A stretch of 63,976 bases of DNA, the filler included, from Piptocephalis cylindrospora (taxonomy: Eukaryota): the NCBI GenBank assembly GCA_003614145.1. It is 3 parts of 3 records of this genome, joined end to end, with 100 filler letters (N's around TTAATTAATTAA, not from the genome) between each part and the next. Parts side by side here need not be neighbours in the genome. Positions count along the whole stretch, not along the records: positions 48,668 to 63,976 come from KZ987899.1; 2 more parts are not named here. One strand, 5' to 3'. Shown here piece by piece: positions 50,382 to 63,953 of the stretch. The translations under genes were made by a program, and so were the position numbers. The notes beneath the pieces were generated by a model. The model saw nothing but the letters and a program-made list of their open reading frames with translations. It was not told where the DNA came from and searched no databases. Positions within the stretch are counted from its first letter, which is position 1; each line of letters begins with the position of its first letter.

Positions 50382-53300
50382 TTATTTTTTACTTCCTGCT
50401 GGTGCTCGGGTAGCTCGAGATGCTGTGGTATGTCTAGTGGAGAAGGAAGGGGAAGATGGAGCAGGGGAGGAGAGAGATGAGGTCATGATGGGCCTTCCTG
50501 ATCGATGATCTAGACTTGAGGATAAGCCTGATCCTTTGCCATCTGAGGCCACCCGTACCCCTCCAGACGCTTCCCAACCCGCTTCCTCTGTCTCGTCAGC
50601 CTTGCCCCCTAGAGCACCGCCACCTCCGTGAGATGAGGAGGCGATGTGCTGGGTTCGAGGTCTACGGCGATGCGCAGTGCTGGCCATGGAGCCATGGCCA
50701 CTGGGCTGCCGAGCCCGAAATCCACTTGGTCCTGAGCGTCCCCCCGAAGATATTGCGGAAAGTGGAGGAGGGGAGGAAGAGGACGAGGAGGAGGAAGAAG
50801 AGGATGAGGGGGAGACTGAGGAGGGTCCCCCGCTCCCTGAGATCCCTCCATACGTCAGGGGTTGGCGGGATAATCTTTCTTGTTTGGCCTGAACAGCACG
50901 AAAGTGAGAAAGGAACTCTTGTAACCTCCCCGTTTCAAACACCATGGTGGCAGAGGAGCCGCCCGATAATGATGTGGTGGTAGCGGAGGAGGGGTTTCCC
51001 CCCGACGGAGGCCCTCCACGAGAGCGATAGCTCCCACTCCCACTGTTGGTGCTACTGGCTCCACCAGCGCCACCCGATGTAGCCCCAAAGGAGGCGGAGA
51101 TAAGGCCCATGGAGCTGACGCTGTTCAGACGATTACGTAAGGTAGCGAAAGCACTACTTTGGGGAAGAAGCATGAGAATCCCATAGAGGCATTTGTAGAG
51201 ATGAGGATATCGCTCAGGCTCGAGGAGCTGGAGCCGAAGATAGGTAAAGACAGGGGATTCGAGGAGCTGAACTAGCTTATCCACCTGGATAAGGAAAGCC
51301 ACGGTGATATCCAGCTCGGCAAACACCTGTAAAAGGTTGGCAGCATGCTCGTACATCTGGGCCAAAAGGCATAGAGAAAAGGTGGCAACGGCATTATGAC
51401 ACCAGCACTTGTAGAGGATGGCAAGGAGCCCTGCATTTTCACGAACTTCCAAATGACGAAGACGCCTGCGAAGGTCAATGAGCTCCGTAGCCGTAAGGAG
51501 GATGAGATTCAGGTGTTGGACCATGATGCCCACAAATTCTAAATCTTCTTCGGCAGTACGCTCGAGGATATCTGCAAAGGTACGATAGATACGTTCAGCT
51601 TGCATGCTACGACACAATTGGCGGATGATCAAAGATCCCCGACTCTCCAGGAGTCTCCGATCCGTACTGAACAAGGACAACAGACTACTAAGGAATCGAG
51701 TAAAGTACTCTTCCTCCTCAGAGTATTCGCAAATCTGGGCGAGGAGTTGGAGATCCCGAGTGATGACTTCTTCCGAAGAGTCAGATAGAGTTTTGAGAAG
51801 GGCTGGGAAAGTTCCCCCTTCCATGGTGAGGATGCGAGTGGGGGCCTTGCGATGAAGCATGAGTAGCCACTCAAGGGCGGCTACGCGAGTCTCTTCGTGG
51901 TTGTTGATGAATTGATAGGTAAGGCAAGTGACGGTACCTGAATAATCCAGGACCGGGGGAAGCTCCTCCTCTTCCTCTTCCTCCTCCTCTTCCATTATTT
52001 CCTCCCCTCCTTCATTCTGCATGTCCCCGTCTTTTACTGAGGGTTCTTCCGGTTTGGCTGAAGTCAGGCTTTTACCATTTACATCCCCCTCTCCTGACTT
52101 GTTTCCTGATCCACCATTCGATTGGGTAACTATTGATGTGGGTATGTGAGCTGAAAATGGGAGGGGGGTACCGGAAATAAAATGACACGCAGAGTGCTTC
52201 ATATATCATCCCTACTGCCCAATCAATGCTTACCAAGGCGGGGAGAAGAAAATGCTGTGCTGGGCCCGGATGAGCCTGTAGTCGCATTATCATCTTGAGT
52301 GGCAGGGGCGGGGGGGACTGGCGAATCCTGGATAAGTCGATAAAGACGCTCATTTGCGGTAATGGCGATGTTACGAATGGTAGAGACACGATGAGCCAGT
52401 GAAGGGAGAATGGCCTGTAATAGGTCAGGGACAAATGGGAAGATGGTTGGACGGATGAGGCCAATAATGTCGTCGATCCACTTGAGGGCGGTTGCCTGAA
52501 TCTCCTCATCTAAAGGGCAATGTTAAATCATTAAAAGGGTGAGGGAAAGATGAGGGGCCGATTGACAATTGTCGTGCCTTTCCTCCGAAAGCTCATGATA
52601 ATCCTACCTTCGGAAGTTAGATGAGGGATTAGAATGCCAACGATGCTAGGGCAATCAATATGTACCTCCTGGCCCGGAACCCAGGGGCTCCCCACCGCAT
52701 CCTCTCCGTGTCGAATTTCCCCCGGGATAATCCCATGGACACGTTGATGTTCCCGGAGCCTACGATTGACCTGGAGGGAAAGACGAACCTCGCGAAGAAA
52801 CTCAGCCAAGACCACAGAGGCAGAAGACCGAATTTCCTGATGAGAATCACGAAGGAACAGGAGTAGTCCATTAAGGAATTGTGGCAGGTAGGAGACGAGA
52901 TCAACGTCAGGCAGAGAATTGAGGATTGAGAGCCACTGCAGAAGGAATTGACGAGTATTCGGATGCTGAGCATGGACGCGTTCGGCCAGAAGGGGAATGA
53001 AGTTTGATAGGGAAAAGGGGGATACGGGGGCTAGGCCATGGGTAGGTCCTGAGGAAGAGATGGCCATTGGGTCATGGATGGAATCAGCAATGATGTCCTT
53101 GAGGAGACGGTCAAGCAGCTCTGCGCCCTTTCTAACCGAATCCTCAGAGTCTGTGCATAGCTAGCGACGGAGAGTAATGGAAGAGAAAAAGATGAGCAGA
53201 TGAGATTATGGATCAACCAAACGTAACATGCCCCCCATCCAGAGAAAGCTACAGCGCGAGGTCGAGTAAATTACCTTGCTGAGCGAGTCAAAGATCTCGT

Positions 53301-53780
53301 TAAAGTAATGAAGAATATCTCCCTTGACGACTTTGGCAATATTATACATGGATTCACAAGCATAATACCGAACACGAGGCTCGAGATCGGTGAAACAAGC
53401 GAGAACCGGAGGGACAATGTCCATGAGATAGCTTCGTGCATCCTACAAAAAGAACGGAGAAAACGTTTTTAGATTGGGTAAGCAGGGAGAAGGTCTCGCG
53501 TTTTGATGGGTCACCCCTCCCATATCCGACTTACCGGGCCAAGAGCAATGGTAGTGGCTGCTAAACCAATCAAGCCTCCATTTCGCATATTAGAGGCTGG
53601 GGAGTAGGCAAACTCGTCGATAAGAAAACGTATGACTCGGCGGATTCCTTCGGTATCTTTGATGACCATTAGGCCATGGATCAGCCTATCCACCTCAATA
53701 GCCGCGGCCTTGCGTTTGTCATACAGTCGATCCTGCAGACCCTTGATGACCTGAGGAGACAGGGGCTTATTATCTGACAT
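50382..53780 (-). CDS. VAC14: PI(3,5)P2 regulatory complex scaffold Vac14 (multi-exon)
   Basis: GLQDRLYDKRKAAAIE..RNGGLIGLAA, IVPPVLACFTD..RVRYYACESMYNIAKV, and LIQVDKLVQLLESPVFTYLRLQLLEPERYPHLYKCLYGILMLLPQSSAFATLRNRL (Fig4-binding domain). Confidence 0.96.
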
Positions 53781-54560
53781 GGCGTGACCAGAGTGTAGGC
53801 ACAATGATGAAGGGAATAACTGCTTAAAAAGTGAAGGGGGGGGGGGGTGGTGTGGAAAAGGGCAAGGCTGTTGGGGCGTATAGGGGTGGTGGATGGGAAG
53901 GAGGATAAGATCCAGAATTCAGTCCCAGCTAATATGGCCGGCCTTTGCCGACTGACAGGCAACACCACACACGTACGCACTCTGATGTGCTGATTTACTG
54001 GGAGATTTAGAGCCAAGTCCCACGGTTCGGTGGGAGCACATGGACACATGGGAGCACATGCTGGCCTAGTCTTCATGGAGAGTCCGAGTAAATATCTTCC
54101 TAGTGTCGTCTGATTGTTTTATTAAATGTACCAATATCATTTTCTTTCTTGTTAAACAAAAGATCTAAAAATGAGAACGAGTATATCTATAAAAGTACCT
54201 CCAAAAAACGGTTACTAGCAGCACAGATGCTCCCTATCCTTGAACCGATATTACCCTTAGCATGTACATATCTGCTTTTCCCTAGTATCAATTAGTAGTG
54301 TCGTACTGTCGATTTAGAAGGCTTACGTATGTCAGTCATCCAAGCCAGTACCACACAGGCCGGTTTTATGGGCGGTGATGCGTTCGGATGCCCCCATGCC
54401 TACCCCGTCGGGGAAATAAAATGTCTATCATCGTCACTGAGGGAGTATAAGCCTTTAATTTCCAGTGAGTGACTTCAGAAGGCAATCACATTGATATTCA
54501 TTTTAAACAACATATAAGTATCAAGGGGACAGCGCCATTCTTGCCATTTCCTTAAGAAAC

Positions 54561-57500
54561 TTAATGCACCGACGAACGCGCCCGATTATCCTCGAGATTA
54601 TGCAGTTGATGTCCCACGATATACGCCTCATCCCGGATCCGACGTGTCCAACTCACCCACCAAGCCTGAAACCGTGTCTTTTCCCAGAGGCAAAGGACTG
54701 GGACGGCTAGAAGCGGGTGGGCGCACCGACTTAGCAAAACAATAGCACCAGTGCTTAGTACTAGCGGAGAGGAGGGGGAGAAGTGAGTGAGGGAAAAGAC
54801 CAATAGTTCAAATATCACTCTTCTCATACTGTGACACGTCATCATGAGAGGCACCATCCCCTTTTCAGATAGTTTACCTTGGTAGTTGCTTAGGAAATTG
54901 AGGCATAAGACAGGAAGGGCGAGGTAAAGCCAAAGGAGAACAGCGAGAGGGAAGGCCCAGTGAGTCAAGGATCTCTCAAGTCGCTCAAATCCATCTAGCT
55001 GCCGCATTATCCGGATCTTCATCGTTCTTGCGTCCCCCCCCCTGATGTCCCTGCTCGTTCATCTCCTCCAAATCCCCCTCCTCATTCACTATCATATCTT
55101 TTTCGGTCTTTTCCCACATTGGAGCAAGTACCTCCAAAGGGAGCTGCCATAGCTTGGCCAATGATTCGCCTAGCTCCTCGTTGGCCGGATGTTGCCTAAC
55201 GGGGCGAGCGGCTCGAGCAAGCCTAGCCGCCCTGGGGGCCTGGCCTCCTCTACCTCCCCCTGGTCTCCTTCCAGCCTCCTCTGGTTCGACGAACTGCAGC
55301 AGTATGCCCGCCATCTCTGGATCATCCCCTGCCATCTCCGGTTCCCCCTCCCCAAAGAACGTTCTACGTCCGCGCAGAAGAAGAAAGACTTGTAAGGCTA
55401 TCTTAGCATACAAAAGACCAAGAGCCCAGCACTGAGCCACCTCCGCACCAATTTGAGGGACGTGAGGGCGTATGCCTTCCTTAACTACATGACTTCCGAG
55501 GATCACTTCGTAAAGGATGGTCGAGCCGGAGGTCGGACGAACCAAGCTGATGAGGCCGGAGAAAAATATCTTCCCCGTCATACCTAGTAGAATGGGCAAG
55601 ACAAAGCCGTAAATGATGAGAGCTACAAGGATAATAAAGGTGTTCCAGGCCACTCGTCGCACGGAAAAAGCCTGAGTTGCCTTGGCGCCCATTGGCTCAG
55701 GGGTCCTTGGGGTGGATGCAGCTGTTTCGCTCACCTCGCTAGCACTTTCCCCTCTGGGTGCTGTATTTTCCCTCCTCTTCATCATTTCTTCTTTCACAGC
55801 CCTGTTCCAACTCCATGGCTGGGATTTAGCAGAACTTGGCTCACGATCCCAGGAGACAAGCCACGCAAGAAGCCGACCGCACAGATGAAGCGTAGCATAA
55901 CCCACCAGAAAGGCATGTAGATCATTCCCTATCTCGTTGGTCTTGGTTAGAGTCATTAAGATGTGGCGACCCACAGTAATCGGGGCAAGGAGGAGTAGGG
56001 TAAGGAGGGAAACCAGGAAGATCCAGCATCCCAGGATGACAATCCCCACCCGCCATCTAAGATTAGAAGGTGCATACACAAATTGGTAGTCTTCTGTCTC
56101 GACCCAGGGAGAACCTTCCTCCTCTCTAACCCCATGAACCCTCCGGGGTCGCCTTCGGATCACTCCGTCCTCCTCCCCAACCCCGGGTCTTTGTCGAGGC
56201 AAAGGGATCCCGTCCCGACGAGGGGCCAGTACCAACTCCATCTCCCAGCGAATCTCAAAGGAATGGCAAGTCCGACAGCTACCAGGAGATTTCAAGGCAC
56301 GAGGACATAAGCGAGCACTGGGAGAGCCAAAGAGGAAGGAGGAGAGGTAGGTGATAGAAGCGCACCAGCGGATCCAAGCCTTGAAGATGGGAAAAGTCCA
56401 TTGTAGCGGTTTGGCCAAGATAGCCAGAGGGACCACCGCTTGCAGGATAAGCAGGTCCAGGGGGAATCGGCCCATCCACCAATTGGCCTTCCCAATCTCA
56501 TTGGTGGTAGCAGAGGCTGAGGAGAGAGGCCGAGGATCCCAGTGAAACGGGAGCGTACGGAAGGGAGTGGGAAGACCAAGCCATCCAGTCAAGTATCCAG
56601 GAATTACGATAGCCCCAATACCCAAGAGCATGACGACTGCATACATCTGGAACGAAAGGCCAATCTTACGCAGTTGATGCAATGCAGGTCGTTCAAGAAT
56701 CTCACGAAGCGGCGAAAACCCGGCATCCTTGGGATCACGGATAAAGTAGAGGACGCCGGGGCGAAGAATACTCCGTAGAGCTCCGACCATAGAAGCAAAG
56801 CCAAACATAAAAGCGGTACCAATGGTCCAGTGAAGGAAGAGGAAGGCAAGGGGAGCTCGAGTAGCAAAGGCCAAGCGGCCCTCCAGGGTAGCTCCGTGAA
56901 GAAGAGGGAGGGAAAGGATAGAAAGAAGTAGGCCACAGGCCAAGGGAAAGAGAACAAGTTCAATGGCGACAAAAATGGCCACTTTAAGCATGAGTCCAGC
57001 CACCCGTAAGGCTCCCCGTTCTGCCTCACCCATCAAGCCAAACATCCCATCTTCCTCCTCAACCTCCTCGTCCATCCTAAGCCACTCCGCCGCCTCCTGA
57101 CCAAACCTACCCATTGCATCATCATCTTGCGGTACAACATCCTGATTCGGAGCCACAAATGCCTCAGCCCCACCGGGCCGTCGACGTCGGCCAGCCCGCA
57201 CTGGAGGAAGGGAAGTGTAGACAAAAGTAGTGACAAGGATGGAGAGGGCCAGAATGCCATAGAAGATAGAGAGAGTCAGGACACGATCTGTGTCAGTCTC
57301 ATCTTCCCAGTACCAGCCCCCATGATCCTGGAGCCAAGCACGCAGGGTGGGCTTGCGCACGCGAGTCCCCGACCACTCCCACCCCAATGCTACATCTAGA
57401 TACGCATACCATGGATGAGGGAGGGCGGAGGAGATAGAGGTCAAGGGGAGAGAGTTGAGAAGGGTAATGAACCAGTCATCTGGTAAAATTAGGGTATAAA

Positions 57501-59829
57501 TCATTGTTAGGGGCTTGAGAATGAAAATACGGGCCCATGCATCCCACATGTGGCTAAGTACGCTAATGGCAGGGCGAGCCAGGGCATACACTACCCTGAT
57601 AGGTCCCAATACACAGTCAATGGGTCCGGCCTGAGGAAAAAGGTGTGGAATGAAATGAGTAAGTAAACAGCTCTCTCTCCTTACTATGGAGATACTTACA
57701 TTAAACATGGCGCGACCAATGAAGTAGGGAATTCCGACAAAGACAACGAGGACAAGGAAGAGAACCGCAGTCATCAGGAAGAGGTTCTGAAAGAGGAGGA
57801 AGATAGGACCTTGAAGGCCAACTGCCTCTAATAGCCCATCCATATCATCAATGTCCTGCTCCATTCCCTCCACACCGCCATTCATGTCGTCCTCACCCAT
57901 GTCCTGATTGGGATCGCCATTCTCAGGATCATGCCCTGCTCCATCCATCCACGCTGCTGCCACTTGGTTTTGTTGGGCGCCCTGCTGAGGAGGCCCTTCG
58001 GGAGCCTCAGGCTCCTCTCCCCCGGCCTGATCACGCCCACGCGCTAGATGATTAGCAATAGGAGGAGCCATGGCAGTCGTTCTAGTCTCTTTATCGTCCA
58101 AAAAACCGTCGATTCCTATGAAAAGATGCTGATATAGGTCTCCGACGGGACGGGGCTTCCCTAGGACAAAGAGGGCCAGTAGACCCAGAGGAGGCTCAAG
58201 CCATTGACGCCAGATAGATGCAATTCTCGCCCGGAGTCTACCCATCGGGGTGCGGAGACGGGCAATGGTATCAGCCTCCACCAACCTACCATTATGATCC
58301 CTTTTTGCCTCCCCCATCTCATCCTGACGAGCTTTTAATACAGCATCATGCACGGCATAAGAGAGCCAGCGGGGTGTAATGGATGACCCTGGTGTCATGC
58401 TGGATCCTGCAGTTTTCTCCCCAAAAGAAAGACGATGCCTCCGTCCGTTGGCATACCGAAAGAATCGGCCAATGTGCCAGGGGTAGTGATGGCCTCTTCC
58501 CTGAAGCGCGGTACGAGCCCGTGGCGCCCGCCGTTCCAAGCGACCGACTAGGTGACCAGCCCAATGAATCACTAGGGTCCAGCCCCGAACACGGGCCCGG
58601 GACTGATACCGATCACGCTGTCGGGGATGCAGATGAAAATGGCCATGGGCGTGTTCGTACCGGGAACGACGGTAGGTATAGGGGCAAGTGGAGGAATAAA
58701 GGGTGACAAGGGTGACCTGAGACTTGGACCCAAAAATGTTCTCCTTCCAAATCCCTGGTCTCGACAATGTGGGGAGAATGTGATGAGGTGATTTGCGTTT
58801 GGAGTCATGCAGCAATACAGGACCCTCCTTCGCCTGGCTGTCACCCGTGTCCTCCTCTGGATTGACACTCTCTGCTCTATCCACTAAAATTTTCGGGGGG
58901 TTATATGGTGGAGGTCGAGGATGACAGGCCCTGGGATGTCGTCGGCCAAAGCGGACGGAGGTGAGGCCAGATTGAGGATGAAACTGCATATGCATGGTTC
59001 TTTTCCTTCGTCCGGACCCCTCCCTGTAAAGTTCTCCTTCTTCCCTAAACACCTGGCCCTCTTCTCCAACCCTATCGGTTTCGGGCTGGGCTGTTTCCCC
59101 CTCTTGAGGAAGATCCGCATGATGATCAAGGAGGGGTAGGGTTTGCAGAACCCATTCGCGTAGAATAAACCCGGCAATGAAGAGGGACAGGGTGATGCAC
59201 ATGATGATCTGGCCTTCGAGGCACTTTCGGGCAAATGGTTCCCAATCCCAGGTCTGAGGAGATGACCAGCTCCGAGGTCCTGAGGCAATTTCTGGATCAG
59301 ATTCCGAGGAAGCTGGAGATATGAAAGCCTTAGCGATAGAGCTAATGCTGGCGGAGAAACCACTCGAGGGCACTACTCCACTGGGGGGCGCTACATAGCC
59401 TGCCCTGCGCCGAAGGTACTGGACGGCGGGGAGACCAGTGAATTTCACGGAAAGCCGGTAACCTACCCAAAAAACACCATGCCATGTGTATTGGGCAAAG
59501 AAAGGAAGGAGAACCAGCCAGGATAGAGCTACAAGGAGGACGCGACCAATAGCCTGGAGATAGGAGAGGAAGCGGACGAGGACCCGGCGGATAAAGAGGT
59601 GGACCGGTAAAGTGGTGGGCATGTCCGGGGCGTAGATGGGGGCAAAGGTAAAGGTATGTTTACACAGCTCGCAATAGGGCTTACGTGAGTGAGCTAGCCA
59701 GCTCTGGAGACAGTCAGTGTGGACGTACTTGATGGAGCCAGAGCATCGACAAGGATAAAAGAGTGGTTGGTCCAGGGTTCCCTCACACCGACACACCCGA
59801 CAGATCTCAGGACCTTCCGTGCTGGCCAT
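54561..59829 (-). CDS. DOA10: ERAD E3 ubiquitin ligase Doa10/Ssm4 (MARCH6); apparent frameshift at about 55034-55042
   Basis: N-terminal RING-CH (CRVCR..LFYPCRCSGSIKYVHTDCL..CELC), TD domain (KVAIFVAIELVLFPLACG..LRPGVLYFIRDP), and C-terminal RIRDEAYIVGHQLHNL element. Contains in-frame introns (e.g. about 57632-57700). Confidence 0.93.
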
Positions 59830-60640
59830 GTTTGTTGTGAAGGGAAAGTGTGGGTGGAGAGGGAATGACCGAGACTCCGGGCCGGAAACCTAGGGGGAGA
59901 AGGTATTATTATTAGAAGAAATGATTTAGGAGGATGGGTGAGACAAAGAAGCTAATCTTGCTTCCTGCACCTCGGGAAAAATTAATTCAGGGCGTACGTC
60001 AGTGCAGGTGAATGGGAGAAGAGTAGGAGAATGATAAGAGGGAAGAGAGGAAAGATCAGGGGGCTTATGAGCACTGAGAGAAGAAAAGGGAGGAAAGAGA
60101 AGCTTGAGTGACTTTGCGGCACCAAAGCTTCCTGTAGATACTGTGCTTATTGATGAGGGAAATCGGGGATGCTGTGGGGGTGAGGTGAGTGGTAAGCTAA
60201 GCCGCTCAGGGTTGTGCTGTTTTATTATGGACAGAGAAGAGATAGGGCTGTGAAACTTAATACCTGATAATTATGTGTGAATAGGAGGACACCATAACTG
60301 GGGCCTGAAAATTAAGTCACCGCATCATCTCCTTGACAAGTCTTTAGGAAGGGGCTGACCCACTTGAGGATATGTAGGCTTGGTCCCCCCATGACTAACA
60401 ATACAGATCTTGCCTATAATTTACCCTAGTTTCAAGAATTTTCGTAAACTATAGACGCGCAGTGGATCGGTGGTGTGGAAGATAGAGAGAGCTTGAGTCA
60501 AGCCTTTCCTCTAGCCTCAAACTAAAGGGAGGGGCCGACTTTGTGAAGGATGGCGGGATAAGGGCCAGGTAGGTCCCCTTTTCTTTTTTTCTACTACTGC
60601 CCATCCCGATTCTCGTTCTCGATTATTTCCAGTGGATATC

Positions 60641-63362
60641 ATGGGCCCGTCATCCCCAAGCAAGAAGCGGCCAGCGCTCGATGGAGGGTCTGGACAGGGC
60701 GCCACTATGGGTGGGAAGACCAAGAGGAAGGGTAGGTGGAGAGGAGAATATTTAACCCTGAGCGATTTACAGAGGAATCTACCTTTCCTGGCGTGTCCCT
60801 ATTATCCGACTGACCAAGTTCTTCTATCTGTATATGTGCACTCCAGCCAAGATGGTAGCGCAAAGGGTGATAGCAACGCAGCCCACGACCCAAACCTCCG
60901 TTTCGGCAGGATCTAGCAGTAATGGATTCCTCATTGAAAGCTTTGTCGAGTCCCGTGCCTTCGAAGTTACCGCTTTGAAGCAGGCGATGAAATCATCCAG
61001 GTACGTACCCCATACTTGGGCTATTCGTGGATCGGGGTCGAAAGGCCCATTCGCGCTATTCTTGCCCATCTCACTGCTTTTGAACTGTAGGTTGGCTGGG
61101 AGTAAACGAACCTTTCAAATTTTACCACGACACCTTCGCCGTCGTGCAGCTAGTCATAACCCTAACCGTGTCCCTCGCCGCCTTAGAGCGCGAGCTATCG
61201 GAGAGGTAAGGAATAATGTCGTCTGGCCTAGAGATATCTCGACGACACCTCCTCTATCGACTAACGTGTTTTATGACAACAATATTAGGGAACATCCGGA
61301 GTGAGGATGGGTAGGAGTAAAGGACCAAAGCATAGAGACGTGACCTTCAAGAAGCGATTTAGCCGACGGAATATGCCCAGTCGACTCCGTTTCATGCGAA
61401 GACAGCGGGACAAGCGATGGCTTGAGACCCATGTTTGGCACGCGAAGCGAGCCCATATGGAAAATCTCTGGGGATGTCGAGTGGTCAGTGCTTTCTTCTT
61501 CTTCTTGATGAATGCATACAAAGCCTTACTGAATATTTCTTACCGGATGTGTAGGCAACTAGTAAGACGGAGAAGGCATTGAGGTCGACGTACCGAGTCG
61601 GTCGGAAAAAGGCACTGATCCATGATGCTTCTTACCAAAGCATCATTCAGCTAACTGGTGATGGTGACTCTATTGGACGGGTATTGGACCTTATGGTGGA
61701 TCCAAACCTGACCCGCCCCTCAGCTGCAAGGTGAGTAGTTTGGTTGGATGGATATAAAGAAATGGCGTCATCTACTTTCCCAGAAACGTTAAAGCCTTTC
61801 TGACGGTATGGCATTATTCCTCACTCGATTGTTCACTCCCCTCCCCCCGTGAATCACTTCAAGGTATCGAAAAGGAACAGTACAATGCACCACTTGGCTT
61901 TACACTCCTGGGGCGTACCCACAAGGCAGACTTTGTCCTACCACCATTCTTTGGGAGGCAAATCCTGAAGTGGAGGGGGAGAGAGGGCATAATCGACGGG
62001 CATGGCTTCTCGTCCATCCCTCAGTATGGGATTCAGTATGGATTTCCTTGGAAAAGGAAGTGGAGAAGATCCAAAAAGGTAAACTTTGGATACAGGTTGA
62101 TTGGCTAATTATACCTCTTTTACTTTGTTTTGGGCAAGGTGTCAAACTATCTCCTCATACCACTTACCTCAATACCGCTTCATCCTAGTGATGATGCAAG
62201 ATCTGAGGGGTGAAATGAACGTGTATGAGTTTACTGGGCCTCATTCACTAGCACATCTTCATGCCGTCCTGGATCCTGTAGCGTCGGATGCACATCCAGG
62301 CAATGCCACATGGAGGCAGCTGGCAGGGGTTCGTTTAACCTCCAACCTCCCACCAGGCTGCATTCTGTCACTTTCGATCCCTGACCCAAGGATTCGGTAA
62401 GGCTTGGGCTTTTCTCCATGGGATGAGGAGGCGAGTCATTGACTCCTCTTGCCATTTCAATTAGATTCCCGCCTCCAAAGCCAGATCTCGGCCAGGCGAA
62501 GAATGATTTGACAGACCTTCCGATTTTGACTAAGACTTGGGGTCCAGAGGTTGCAATTTCTAGCATTTGGGATGAGGAAAAAAGAAGTGCACTATCAAAG
62601 GACAAGCCCTCGGAGGTGGCCATTCAATCCAGGAAGGAGGTATGATTTAAGCGGGTATTAGAGGAATAGGAATTTTTGATTCATCGTGCTCCCTCTTTCC
62701 CCTACTAGGTGCTCATCCCAGGGGATGTGGAGATCCTTCGAGAATCGGACAGTATTCATCGAATCCCGCTACTTCTCTTCCAACGTACTGGCACCTCTCT
62801 TCCCGCACCATCCAGTCGTCTGCCGAGATGGTGTCATGGGGGTCTACGAGAGCAGGTAGATGAAGGAATTACCCTACTCGTTCCCAAGGACTGGGGATTC
62901 CCCTTTTGGCACTCCTTTATCTTTACGGGAATTCGTTTTATTGGACTCAAGGAACGCACCTCTATGCAGTACGAATCAGGATTGCCAACTTACCCCGATG
63001 ACTATCCCGAGTGCCCCTCTTTCCCTTCTTTGATCCGAAATATCCGTCGAGAAGGACAGAAGTTGTGGGAAGGAATGCCTCCGGCCAAGAGAATAAACTA
63101 CGCACACCATGGAATTACTCACCCTCCATGGGACCTGGATTGGGCGATACTCCGGGGACCCAAGCCCTCTTCATCCGTTACCCCCTGGGTCCTTTCCTCC
63201 ACGCAACTACTAGACCTGGTGGAAAGGGGCCCTAATATAGATGCTTCTCAATGGGTGCGTGTGATTCAAGGGTCATCGAAAGCGCCTGCATCAATGAACA
63301 GGGTGATACCGTGTTTAAATGAGGCTATTGTCCGTGTTCGCCTTTCTCTGCGAGGCCGTGGT
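60641..63362 (+). CDS. POP1: RNase P/MRP subunit Pop1, 5' and central part (multi-exon)
   Basis: FVESRAFEVTAL, RTFQILPRHLRRRAASHNPNRVPRRLR, RQRDKRWLETHVWHAKRAHM..WG, HDASY, EFTGPHS, and POPLD TLLVPKDWGFPFW..E.G.P.YPDDYP..PPAKRINY. Confidence 0.95.
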
Positions 63363-63529
63363 ACTCTAGAGTGGCTTGGTCTCAATATTATACGTGTTTC
63401 TGTGCTCTCCTATTATGTTCCCTTCTAGCCAATTCGCACTCGAGCAGGGCTGAGTGTGGTTTTCAAGAAAGATAAAGTGGAGATGGACCCATTTTTATTC
63501 GCTTCATATCTCTTCAACAATCTCATCTC

Positions 63530-63953
63530 TTAGTCCATCAGAGTCAATTGGGCTTTATACGTTGTTCTGTCTCCCTCGGCTCGAATCCATACATCGCAGT
63601 TCCTAAAGAAGAGGGTAAATGAGAAATTGTTTTTCTAAGCACCTCCTCCAAGATCAACCACCTTCACACTTACCCCAACTTTCGCTTCGTATTGCGTAGT
63701 AAGGGAAGGAGTCGAGCGACTGAGCACACTCCTATACCACCTCCCTTTCCTTGGGCCAAGGAATAACCCCCTCGAAGGACAAGGCCGAGGGCTGGGGGAT
63801 CCATGCTTCCTTCATCCGGTTTCTGCGGGAGGCAAAGAGGTTGAGTACATGGATAGAGTATTTCCTCCAAAGAAGTCATTCCATCAACCTCATCTACACA
63901 CACACCTTGCTGGGTAAGGGAACCTCGTAGATGGGAGTAAACCGTCCAGGAGA
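63530..63953 (-). CDS. POP1: Pop1 C-terminal exons, present in inverted orientation
   Basis: The minus strand reads (LSLRGRG)SPGRFTPIYEVP..LGLVLRGGYSLAQGKGGGIGVCS..|NCDVWIRAEGDRTTYKAQL..*, resembling the Pop1 C-terminal domain. It continues the plus-strand frame through a shared 22-bp inverted repeat. Confidence 0.8.

Noticed and set aside
50382..53780. Possible U12-type introns in VAC14
   Set aside because: The donors I could read are ordinary U2-type (GTAAGT, GTAATT, GTAGGA, GTAAGC) with no RTATCCT signature.
5517..63362. Apparent cluster of ribosome-biogenesis genes (SPB4, snoRNA, UTP20, MRH4, RPC82, POP1)
   Set aside because: Spread over three contigs, interspersed with unrelated genes, and such genes are numerous in compact genomes. 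No evidence of a true cluster.
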